64,000 nt of DNA from a virus (Duplodnaviria > Heunggongvirae > Uroviricota > Caudoviricetes), in the IMG/VR virus record IMGVR_UViG_3300043080_000590, positions 258,386 to 322,385 of that record. One strand, given 5' to 3'. Both the position numbers and the translations under genes were made by a program. Below the pieces are notes generated by a model. The model searched no databases and was not told the origin of the DNA. It was given only the letters and a program-made list of their open reading frames with translations. Position 1 is the stretch's first letter, and the number at the start of each line of letters is the position of its first letter. Positions 20,061 through 27,994 of the stretch are shown piece by piece.

Positions 20061-20653
20061 GATGATTTTTAAAATTATTAGTATTAATACGAAATTATAA
20101 TTGATAATGTATATTCAAAGTTAATATTTACTTTCCAGTATATTAGTATTAATACTTTATTTTTTAATAATTCAAAAACAGGTTGGGGCATATTTACTTT
20201 CCAGTATATTAGTATTAATACAATGCAGTGTTAGACGTTGCGACGGCTAAAGTCAAATTTACTTTCCAGTATATTAGTATTAATACTCAGTTACGTTGAA
20301 GCAAGGCAATAAGTCTTTTAATTTACTTTCCAGTATATTAGTATTAATACATTTTATATTAACCTCACTTGCAACAAGCCAATATAATTTACTTTCCAGT
20401 ATATTAGTATTAATACTAAATTCACCTCTTGTTACTCCTCATCATTAGTATCATTTACTTTCCAGTATATTAGTATTAATACGAAGAAATAATGTAACTT
20501 ACGATAAATCTACTTTATTTACTTTCCAGTATATTAGTATTAATACTTTTCAACTGGTGTAAATGCAATATTCACAGCATATTTACTTTCCAGTATATTA
20601 GTATTAATACCCGTTCAGTGTACAGTAGTACATTTTATTAGTATTTGAAATAC
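20061..20653. CRISPR. CRISPR array: 8 identical 30-nt repeats (ATTTACTTTCCAGTATATTAGTATTAATAC) plus degenerate repeats at both ends; about 9 spacers of 34-36 nt
   Basis: Perfect repeats start at 20126, 20192, 20257, 20321, 20387, 20453, 20517 and 20581, with a regular 64-66 nt period and unique spacers. The reverse complement GTATTAATACTAATATACTGGAAAGTAAAT ends in GTAAAT like clostridial type I-B repeats, so minus-strand transcription is possible. No cas genes are present in the window. Confidence 0.85.
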
Positions 20654-20850
20654 TAAATCTGTCGAACCCATTGAAAAGTTAATTCCAAATATTATTTTTT
20701 ATTCATTATTTACTTTATTCTCACAAAAACATAAGTAAATAAAGTGTTTTCAAACTTTCTGTCTATCTCTTAGTAATTTTACATTATTATACATCGACAG
20801 AATTAAAAAACTAAAAAAATAAAAAGTATTTATACTATAATATTGAATTT

Positions 20851-20985
20851 GGTGAGTGGTGGGCTTCTTAGGTCAAAGCGGTGCAAGTCTTAAAGTTCTA
20901 TCGCAAGTATTGAACGATATGTGAAGTGAACTACCCTCACCTTTCGGACGGTAAATCGCCCGAAGTCACCAACTAAGGGTGCTTA
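20851..20985. ncRNA. GC-rich island (about 50% GC in a 27% GC background) with nested helices; candidate structured non-coding RNA of unknown class
   Basis: GGTGAG-t-GG at 20851-20859 pairs with CC-CTCACC at 20933-20940. There is an internal hairpin ttcgg-acgg-taaat-cgcc-cgaa. A TATAAT-like box lies at 20836-20841 just upstream. No ORF is present. Confidence 0.3.
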
Positions 20986-21181
20986 TAAAAAATAGTTTTA
21001 AAAACTTTACAATATTATAATATAATATTTTCCTTAATTTGTCAAGTGTTTTTTGTAAAAAATTGTATTGTTAAAACGTCTCAGAATCAATTTTAAGACC
21101 TATAACGATTTATTGTGAATAAATATTAAGTAAACTATTTATACCCTCTTAAAATTGATTTTAAAACTATTTAAACAATAA

Positions 21182-21215
21182 AAACGTTGAGTAGAGTTAC
21201 CCAACGTTTTTTTTA
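21182..21215. terminator. Bidirectional rho-independent terminator
   Basis: Hairpin aacgttg...caacgtt is flanked by A-runs and T-runs on both strands. It sits at the 3' end of the minus-strand gene 21213-21545. Confidence 0.6.
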
Positions 21216-21545
21216 TTGTTGAACTTCATTATCTGTTTCTTCTGCAATTTCTCCCATTTCAGCTTTAACTGCTTCTTTATATTTATTAAAAAACATAGTA
21301 CAATAACTACCAAAGTTTGAAAAATCCGTGCCCATGCTACAATTCGGATTGAAAGGATTGTTAGAATCATTTCCTGGAAAGCAACTATCTGAAATTGTAA
21401 CATTGTTTTCATTTTCAAAACTTTTAATTGCAGTAGAAAAGTTATTCATTACTCTTATTAACTCATTTCTACATAAATCAAATTGACCTTCTAATTCTTG
21501 TGTATTAATCGCAGAAGTTTTCATCAATCTTTTCATTTTTAACAA
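21213..21545 (-). CDS. Hypothetical protein (110 aa)
   Basis: ORF in an intergenic island. It overlaps the spurious ORF 21197-21418 in the other frame. Confidence 0.4.
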   Translation of the reverse strand: MLKMKRLMKTSAINTQELEGQFDLCRNELIRVMNNFSTAIKSFENENNVTISDSCFPGNDSNNPFNPNCSMGTDFSNFGSYCTMFFNKYKEAVKAEMGEIAEETDNEVQQ

Positions 21546-22143
21546 CCTCTCTATTGATTATTTTATAAATAAATATACTACCTAACGAATTTCCCAAAGT
21601 TACAAATAAAATAAATGATATAGAATAAATATTTATTTTATTTGCTAAAAATATATAAAACATATCAGCAACACAGTGTTCAGCACCAATTAAAATAAAT
21701 ACTGCTATACATAATATTACTGCTACTATTTTCATTATTGCTTCATTACTTTTTTTATATACTTCAACTGCAATAAATATTAAAATACCGCATAAAAATG
21801 AAAAAAATAAAATTTCAAAAATAGTATAATTTAATTTCAACTCAACTATTGTTTCTATATTAATGGCTTTTATTTTACAAGTATTTCTATAACACAATGC
21901 TGTAATAAAACATCCAAGCAGATTTCCTATCCATATAATTAATAATTCTAAGGAATTTTCATTCTCAGTAATATAACCAATTTTCCCTGTATACAAATCT
22001 AATTTAAAAAAAAGTATTGTTAGTAATCCTATGGAAAATAAAAAACTGCCGATAATTTTGTCAGTGGATAAGAATACGATACTTGCAATACTAATCATAA
22101 TTCCTGCTAGAAATGCAGATAAAAATAAATTAAGAAATTTCAA
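21505..22143 (-). CDS. Polytopic membrane protein (about 6 TM), possible superinfection-exclusion or abortive-infection type
   Basis: 212 aa that are strongly hydrophobic. It is divergent from the replication module. Confidence 0.45.
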   Translation of the reverse strand: MKFLNLFLSAFLAGIMISIASIVFLSTDKIIGSFLFSIGLLTILFFKLDLYTGKIGYITENENSLELLIIWIGNLLGCFITALCYRNTCKIKAINIETIVELKLNYTIFEILFFSFLCGILIFIAVEVYKKSNEAIMKIVAVILCIAVFILIGAEHCVADMFYIFLANKINIYSISFILFVTLGNSLGSIFIYKIINREVVKNEKIDENFCD

Positions 22144-22149
22144 AATAAT

Positions 22150-22800
22150 CTCCCCTTGCTAAAATTATATCTTAATTTTTATATAAAATAATTTTCAAGT
22201 TTTATAGCAAGAAAAAATAGCTAAAATGACTTCTCTATCTATATTTAAAACTTAGTTTAATTTATCAAACTTTATTTTTATTTGGACATAGTTGAAGTTT
22301 TATCTGGACACTAAATAGATAAGTAATAAATTACTTATCATCTAAATAATTTTTTATATATTAATGAAATTAATTATAAAGTAATATTAATTATAATTAT
22401 ATTAAAAATTTATAATATACAATAATTAATATTAGATGTAATAATTATTAGTATAAGATATACAATTTTTAATATTAAACAAAATTATAAAAAATAATTC
22501 ATTAAAAAATTTATAAGATTTCAGTTTTAAAAAATATAAAGTTTTTTTATTTTTAGAAAAGATAGCAAAAAAGAAAGAACAGGAAGCGGAGAATGCTTCG
22601 CATTGCTCCGCTTAGTCACTTCGTGACTGAAATAACACTGATTTGTTTTGTTGCTTTCTTTCAAAAATAAGAATTGTTGTAATTTTACAATTTATTTAAT
22701 TTACAACCACATTTGTAATATTTTTAGTTTCCATTGAAAAAATTTTCACAAATTCATTATAATACAATCAAAAGCAAAAAAAACATAAGAAAGGTTGGTG
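22150..22800. promoter_or_regulatory. 650-nt non-coding control/origin-like region with direct repeats, palindromic operators, an AT-rich tract and a GC-rich nested hairpin
   Basis: A TGGACA direct repeat is present (atttggacatag / atctggacacta). A palindrome agataagtaat-aaa-ttacttatct lies at about 22318-22345. There is an extreme A+T tract at 22360-22520. A GC hairpin gcggagaatgcttcgcattgctccgc plus gtcacttcgtgac lies at 22585-22632, enclosed by gaaagaa/ttctttc. Inverted repeats ttgtaattttacaa and ttacaaccacatttgtaa lie at 22676-22722. Confidence 0.45.
22734..22763 (+). promoter_or_regulatory. Putative promoter (TTGAAA-18-TATAAT) for the replication operon
   Basis: TTGAAA at 22734-22739 and TATAAT at 22758-22763. 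Confidence 0.4.
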
Positions 22801-22807
22801 TGAAAAT

Positions 22808-24721
22808 ATGAATTATAAAAGAGATTGCAAAAGAAAGAATATATCTTATATATCAATGTCAAAGTATTTGTATTCTCTTGTATTACCAAAATGTAATATT
22901 GTTTTGGGTTCATATTTTACATCTATCTATTTTCAAATATATTTAAATGTTTGTCATGATAAAACATTAGAGTTATGGAAACATAATAAATGTTGGATAG
23001 GACAAGATACAATTTCTAAAATATTAAATTGTTCAAGACAAACAGTAAGTAAAACAATAAATTATTTACTTCAACTTAAACTTATTAGTAAAAGCAAAAG
23101 GGGATTACATAATGTTTATCAACTTGAAAATGATAACATTGAAGAAGAAATAAATTTAGATAAGTTTAATTCTTTTATTGAAACAGAATTATTAAAACTT
23201 GCAAAGGATTTAAAAAAAGATACTTTAAAAATTACAGAGAAATTTAATATTTTAAATTCAGAAGTAGCATATCATAAAGATGGTTTAAAGAAATTTCTTA
23301 CTAAAAAGAAGTTTTATGATACAAATAAGATAAGAAAAGAAATAGCAGAAATTGAAAAAGACAATCAAGGTATAACTATATTTTATTTGAATGATGTTTT
23401 AACAATAAACAATCATAAACAAAAATATAGAGCTATTAGAAATGGTATTAGTCAAAGTTCTATTAGTAAATATATAACTTATTGTGAAAAGCGAGGATTA
23501 TTAAATACTATGAATGAGAAAGTAGAAAAGAAAAAAGAATTTGAATGTCCTATTTGTAAAAATTCTTTTGATACAAATAGAAGTTTATGTATGCACATTT
23601 CAAAGACTAAAGAAAATAATCACATATTATTAAATAAACTTCGTCAAGTAGATAAAACAAAAACTATTTTAGAAGTTTATCTTAATAATAAATCACAGTT
23701 TACAGAAATGGAAGTTTCTTATAAAAATATTGAATGTGAAAATTGTTCAGGTAATTGTAGATTGTGTTACAAAGAATTCAAAGATGAGTTTAAAACTTGT
23801 TCACAAGATAGGAAAAAAGCTTTTGTTAAACAAGAACAAATGTATATTGTTTCTATTGATAAAAAAGAAAAAGCAAAAGTAGCAAAAGCTAAACAAAAGA
23901 AGAAAGATGATATCAATAGTGTTGGTAATTTGATGAAGTATTTTTATGATAAAACGCAAACATTATCACCAAGTTTTTCTAAGGAATGTGGTCAAATAAA
24001 AATTTTATTAAATAAAGGCTATACTGGCGATGAAATAAGAATTACTATGGATTATTTGATAGATAGAAAAAATGTAGATTTACGTTTTATTAATCGTTCT
24101 ATTGAAGATGCTTTAGTAGAGCAAAAATATAAGAATGAATTAAATATGTTAAATACAGCTCCGTATTTAGTAAATCTTTTTCATACTAAGTTAGGGGTTA
24201 AATTAAATTTATTCAATTTAGTTAAAGAAAGTAATAAGATACAACAAGTATTAGATGCAGGTTATTCAGCTTTAGATATTAAAAAAACAATTAAGTATAT
24301 GCAATATAAGGATATTAAAGTACTTAATTATATTCCTAATATGATTGAAGAAGCAATAGATTTTTATGCAGATAAATCATCTGAAAATAATGATAATAAG
24401 AAAATTGAAGATATTGTTAGTGAATTAAGGTTTAGTATGACTTCAATAGAAAATATTGAAGAAAAGTATAAAGAAACGGCATTAAAATGTGCAGAGAAAA
24501 TCTTTATAGATAAATCATACTTTAAAAAAGATTTAACTAAGTTTGAATGGGCTTATACTATTAAATTAAGGTTGACAAAAGATTTAATAAAAGATGGTAT
24601 TAATGAAAAGAATAATAAAAAATGGTTATGTGAAACAAATAATTGTAATTATTCTAAAGAAGATTTTATTAGTTGGCTTAAAACTCAATTTGAAAAAAAT
24701 AATATAGATTATATTTTATAA
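22808..24721 (+). CDS. Replication initiator/organiser-like protein (winged HTH, C2H2 zinc finger, DnaD-like C-terminal repeats)
   Basis: The HTH is QDTISKILNCSRQTVSKTINYL. The C2H2 finger is CPICKNSF...CMHISKTKENNH. It is the first gene of the loader and DnaB operon. RBS AAAGGTTGGTG. Confidence 0.45.
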   Translation: MNYKRDCKRKNISYISMSKYLYSLVLPKCNIVLGSYFTSIYFQIYLNVCHDKTLELWKHNKCWIGQDTISKILNCSRQTVSKTINYLLQLKLISKSKRGLHNVYQLENDNIEEEINLDKFNSFIETELLKLAKDLKKDTLKITEKFNILNSEVAYHKDGLKKFLTKKKFYDTNKIRKEIAEIEKDNQGITIFYLNDVLTINNHKQKYRAIRNGISQSSISKYITYCEKRGLLNTMNEKVEKKKEFECPICKNSFDTNRSLCMHISKTKENNHILLNKLRQVDKTKTILEVYLNNKSQFTEMEVSYKNIECENCSGNCRLCYKEFKDEFKTCSQDRKKAFVKQEQMYIVSIDKKEKAKVAKAKQKKKDDINSVGNLMKYFYDKTQTLSPSFSKECGQIKILLNKGYTGDEIRITMDYLIDRKNVDLRFINRSIEDALVEQKYKNELNMLNTAPYLVNLFHTKLGVKLNLFNLVKESNKIQQVLDAGYSALDIKKTIKYMQYKDIKVLNYIPNMIEEAIDFYADKSSENNDNKKIEDIVSELRFSMTSIENIEEKYKETALKCAEKIFIDKSYFKKDLTKFEWAYTIKLRLTKDLIKDGINEKNNKKWLCETNNCNYSKEDFISWLKTQFEKNNIDYIL

Positions 24722-24744
24722 AGAACAAGAAAGGAAGAATTATT

Positions 24745-25455
24745 ATGCTGTTTTATAATAAAGAAGAAAAAGAAAAATTAAAATCTAAGTGGAATAATGT
24801 CTTTGTTATAAATTGTACAAAATGTGAGGGTACAGGTTTTTATAATGAAGATGGTAAGACAAAACAATGTTCTTGTATGAAAAAAGCTATTAAATGTTAT
24901 AACTTAGAATTATCTAATATTCCAGTAGTTAATTTTAATGTTTCTAAAGATTCTGTTACTAAGAAAGTTAATTATAATTTTAATGATTACTTTGAAATTA
25001 TACAGAATGAGGTTTTTAAAACTAAAAATCTGTATTTATATAATATTTCATTTACTCTTAATAGTGAAATTGTAGCATATATAGCAAGGACTTTAATTGA
25101 TAAAGAAAATAAATTATCTAAGAAACAATTAAAGATACAATATGTTGTATATGAAGATTTAGTACAATTATCTTTAAAACAAAATTCGGATAAAGAAGCA
25201 AAAGATAGATTAAATGATTTATTCCGCAAGCCTGATGTTTTATTTATAGATAACGTGGGAGCTGAAACAGGTTTTGGTAATACAAGTAAGCATAATATTA
25301 AATTACTACAATTAATTCTTAAAACAAGATATAATGATGTTAAATCTACAATCATATCTTCAAAATTAAATTATTCAGACGTTGAAAAGTTTTACAGCGA
25401 AGATGTAATTGAAATGATTTCGACATATGATTTTGTAAAAGAAGTAGAATTATAA
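24745..25455 (+). CDS. DnaC/IstB-like helicase loader homologue lacking a Walker A motif; N-terminal Cys4 zinc ribbon
   Basis: A Walker-B-like LFIDNVGAE is present but no GxxxxGK[ST]. The Cys cluster is CTKCEGTG...CSC. It is positioned directly upstream of dnaB. Confidence 0.4.
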   Translation: MLFYNKEEKEKLKSKWNNVFVINCTKCEGTGFYNEDGKTKQCSCMKKAIKCYNLELSNIPVVNFNVSKDSVTKKVNYNFNDYFEIIQNEVFKTKNLYLYNISFTLNSEIVAYIARTLIDKENKLSKKQLKIQYVVYEDLVQLSLKQNSDKEAKDRLNDLFRKPDVLFIDNVGAETGFGNTSKHNIKLLQLILKTRYNDVKSTIISSKLNYSDVEKFYSEDVIEMISTYDFVKEVEL

Positions 25456-25483
25456 AAATAAATCATAATTTTAAGGTGATAAT

Positions 25484-26830
25484 ATGGACAATGTAATAGA
25501 GAAAAAGTTTTTAGCATACTTAATGTATGATAAAAAGTATATTTCTAAAGCAATAAATACAATAGAAATAACACCCAAGCATTTACAAACAACATATGCA
25601 GTATATAGTTTAATAAGAAAATATTTTGTAAAATATGGTGTTATTATTTCTGATGATGCAATAAATAGTTCTTTTAAAAAGAATAAAATTGATGATAAGA
25701 CGATAATAACGTATAAATCAATTTTTTCAGATATAAAATATTTTAATACTGATGAATTTTCAGATGGTGAATTTGAATCTATTTGTGATGAATTAGAAGA
25801 TAATTATAAAAGATTCGAAGTATTAGAATTAGCTGAATCAATTATTACTAAAGGAAGTAATTGTAGTGAAAAATCTTTCGATGAATTAAAAACTCAAATA
25901 AGTAAATTGTCTGTTCGTTTGAATACAGATAAAAGTAATGTAAAGGAAGAGGGTTCAATCCAAGAAAGAATAAAAGCAAGAAAAGAAAGATATGAGGAAA
26001 TAAAGAACAATCCTAGTATGATTGTTACTTATCCCACTGGATTTAGTAGAATTGATGATGAAAGCGGTGGATTTGCACCAAGTGAACTTATTTACATAAT
26101 AGGTAGAAAAGGTGATGGTAAATCTGTTTTAATGCTTAACTTAGCACACAATATGTGGATAAAAGGATTAAATGTTATATTATTTAGTTTGGAAGTTCCA
26201 CAAGAAGCTTATGAAAGAAGATTTGATGCAAGAGCTGCTGGTATTTCAAGTAATGGATTAAAATTTGGCAAGTTATCAGAAGATGAAGAAGAAGTATATA
26301 ATGATTATTTGCAAAAATTAAGTGAAGGCTTATCTATCAATGGAGATAAAGTTGGTACAATGTATATTATTGACGTACCACGTATGTGTACTCCATCTTT
26401 TTTAGCCGAGAAAGTAAAAGAAGTAGAATTAAAAATGGGAATAACATTTCATGTAGTTATTTCTGACTATGCAGGTATTATGCAACCAGATATGAAATTT
26501 GGTGAATTAAGATTAGACCAAGCAGAAATAGCATTGGAATTAAAACAATATGCAAGAACAACAGATAAGGTAGTAATAACCGCCGCACAGATGAACAGAA
26601 TAGGTAAAAATCAAAAGAAAACAGAAACAGATGCTATTGCTGAGTCTGATGCTATTGCAGACCATATAGATTGGGGTATTGCTATAAAAAAAGTTAGTGA
26701 ACAAATTGGCATAATAGAATCATTTAAAACAAGAGATGCTGCTCCTTTTGAGTTTCATTTTAATAGAAAGTTTAGTAAAATGTTAATTGAAGAATTAGAT
26801 GATGATATTAGTAACTGGGATAAAATGTAA
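25484..26830 (+). CDS. dnaB: Replicative DNA helicase, DnaB family
   Basis: Walker A GRKGDGKS, Walker B IIDV..., and the H4 motif ITAAQMNR. It has a DnaB-like N-terminal domain. Confidence 0.8.
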   Translation: MDNVIEKKFLAYLMYDKKYISKAINTIEITPKHLQTTYAVYSLIRKYFVKYGVIISDDAINSSFKKNKIDDKTIITYKSIFSDIKYFNTDEFSDGEFESICDELEDNYKRFEVLELAESIITKGSNCSEKSFDELKTQISKLSVRLNTDKSNVKEEGSIQERIKARKERYEEIKNNPSMIVTYPTGFSRIDDESGGFAPSELIYIIGRKGDGKSVLMLNLAHNMWIKGLNVILFSLEVPQEAYERRFDARAAGISSNGLKFGKLSEDEEEVYNDYLQKLSEGLSINGDKVGTMYIIDVPRMCTPSFLAEKVKEVELKMGITFHVVISDYAGIMQPDMKFGELRLDQAEIALELKQYARTTDKVVITAAQMNRIGKNQKKTETDAIAESDAIADHIDWGIAIKKVSEQIGIIESFKTRDAAPFEFHFNRKFSKMLIEELDDDISNWDKM

Positions 26831-26853
26831 TTTACAAAAAAGGAACGGTAAGA

Positions 26854-27432
26854 ATGGAATTTAAAAACAAAAAGTATTTATATGATTATGTAAAATCAGA
26901 AATAAATAATATGGCTTATATACAACAATTTGTACCTTTAAAGAAAACAGGATTAGTATTTAAAGGTAAATGTCCTTTTCATACAGAAAAGACTGCTTCT
27001 TTTACTGTTTATCCAACTGGTTATACAACTAAGAAAGGTGTTCAAAATTATACAAGCTTCTATTGCTTTGGTTGCGGAGCAGCAGGAGATATAATTAAAT
27101 TTAAACAGTTAAAAGATAATATTGATTCATATTCAGAAGCTGCCTTACAATTAGCAGAAGAATATGGATTAAATGTTGTTGATGAACAAGATGTAAAAAT
27201 GAATTATTTAAAAAATAAATTGTCTTTAGGTGATAATGAAAAACTTTTAAGTTTTGAAGATATCAATTTAACTTGCAGTATGATTATTCATAACTATTTA
27301 AAACACCATCCTAATGATATGAGTAAAGTAAATGATATATTTATTTATTTAGATAATGAATTAAATGAAAGAAATACTATTGAAGCACAAAGTCTAATTC
27401 AAGAAATTGATGATAAAGTAAATAATCTTTAA
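26854..27432 (+). CDS. DnaG-type primase zinc-binding (CHC2) domain protein; no TOPRIM or RNA-polymerase domain
   Basis: The CHC2 finger is CPFHTEKTASF...CFGCGAAGDIIKF. The protein is only 192 aa. Confidence 0.6.
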   Translation: MEFKNKKYLYDYVKSEINNMAYIQQFVPLKKTGLVFKGKCPFHTEKTASFTVYPTGYTTKKGVQNYTSFYCFGCGAAGDIIKFKQLKDNIDSYSEAALQLAEEYGLNVVDEQDVKMNYLKNKLSLGDNEKLLSFEDINLTCSMIIHNYLKHHPNDMSKVNDIFIYLDNELNERNTIEAQSLIQEIDDKVNNL

Positions 27433-27500
27433 ATAGTTTTGTAAATATAATATATTATCATATAGGCTCTTTTATTTGTTAAATAAAGGGCTTAAATTGT

Positions 27501-27890
27501 ATGGAGGGGTTAATATCTGTGTATAGTATTGATGAAACTGCTGAACGACTTGAAAATCTCATTCACGAAGATGCTATTGTTAGAAATGAAATAAGAAGAA
27601 TAGTTCATGGTTATTTTATAAATAATGTTGAGAAAGCTAAGAATAGTATTATATATGAAGAAAAAGACGGTACTTTTTATTTGAAGAAAAATTATAAAGA
27701 TATTATTTTAGAAGAAATTAAAAACAACGAAGAATTTTTAAATTTGGTTTCTAAAAGATATGAAAGATTATATGCTCCACCTATTTCTTTAAGTGAAATA
27801 AAGAATAAAATGAATATATTCAAAAGAAGTATATGTGATTTTAGTTTTGAAAAATCTAGTTTCTTAGCTTTCAAAAAATGTATTTGTTAA
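27501..27890 (+). CDS. Hypothetical protein
   Basis: 129-aa ORF with RBS GGAGGGG. Confidence 0.4.
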   Translation: MEGLISVYSIDETAERLENLIHEDAIVRNEIRRIVHGYFINNVEKAKNSIIYEEKDGTFYLKKNYKDIILEEIKNNEEFLNLVSKRYERLYAPPISLSEIKNKMNIFKRSICDFSFEKSSFLAFKKCIC

Positions 27891-27924
27891 TTGTTATATT
27901 CCTTAATTTTATTTATTTTTTATA

Positions 27925-27952
27925 AAAGCTGTTAAAATAACAGCTTTTTTTG
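27925..27952 (+). terminator. Rho-independent terminator
   Basis: Hairpin aaagctgtt(aaaat)aacagcttt followed by TTTTT. Confidence 0.65.
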
Positions 27953-27994
27953 TTTATAAGATTATAAATATTTTTTAGAAAGAAGGTAATACAC

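Noticed and set aside
20061-20653. Simple tandem repeat or minisatellite instead of CRISPR
   Set aside because: The repeats are identical while the intervening 34-36 nt segments are all unique and of constrained length. That is diagnostic of CRISPR.
20851-20985. Twister, hammerhead or c-di-GMP riboswitch identity for the GC-rich element
   Set aside because: Partial resemblances such as AAGCGG and GCAAG do not satisfy the full consensus of any of these classes by eye. It is left as an unclassified candidate.
21197-21418. ORF 21197-21418 (-)
   Set aside because: It overlaps 21213-21545 in another frame. Its translation is K/L low-complexity, and the longer frame was preferred.
21505-22143. 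AgrB-like quorum-sensing protein (as in some Clostridioides phages)
   Set aside because: The conserved AgrB His/Cys catalytic motif pattern is not recognisable, and no agrD-like peptide gene is adjacent. It is kept as a generic membrane protein.
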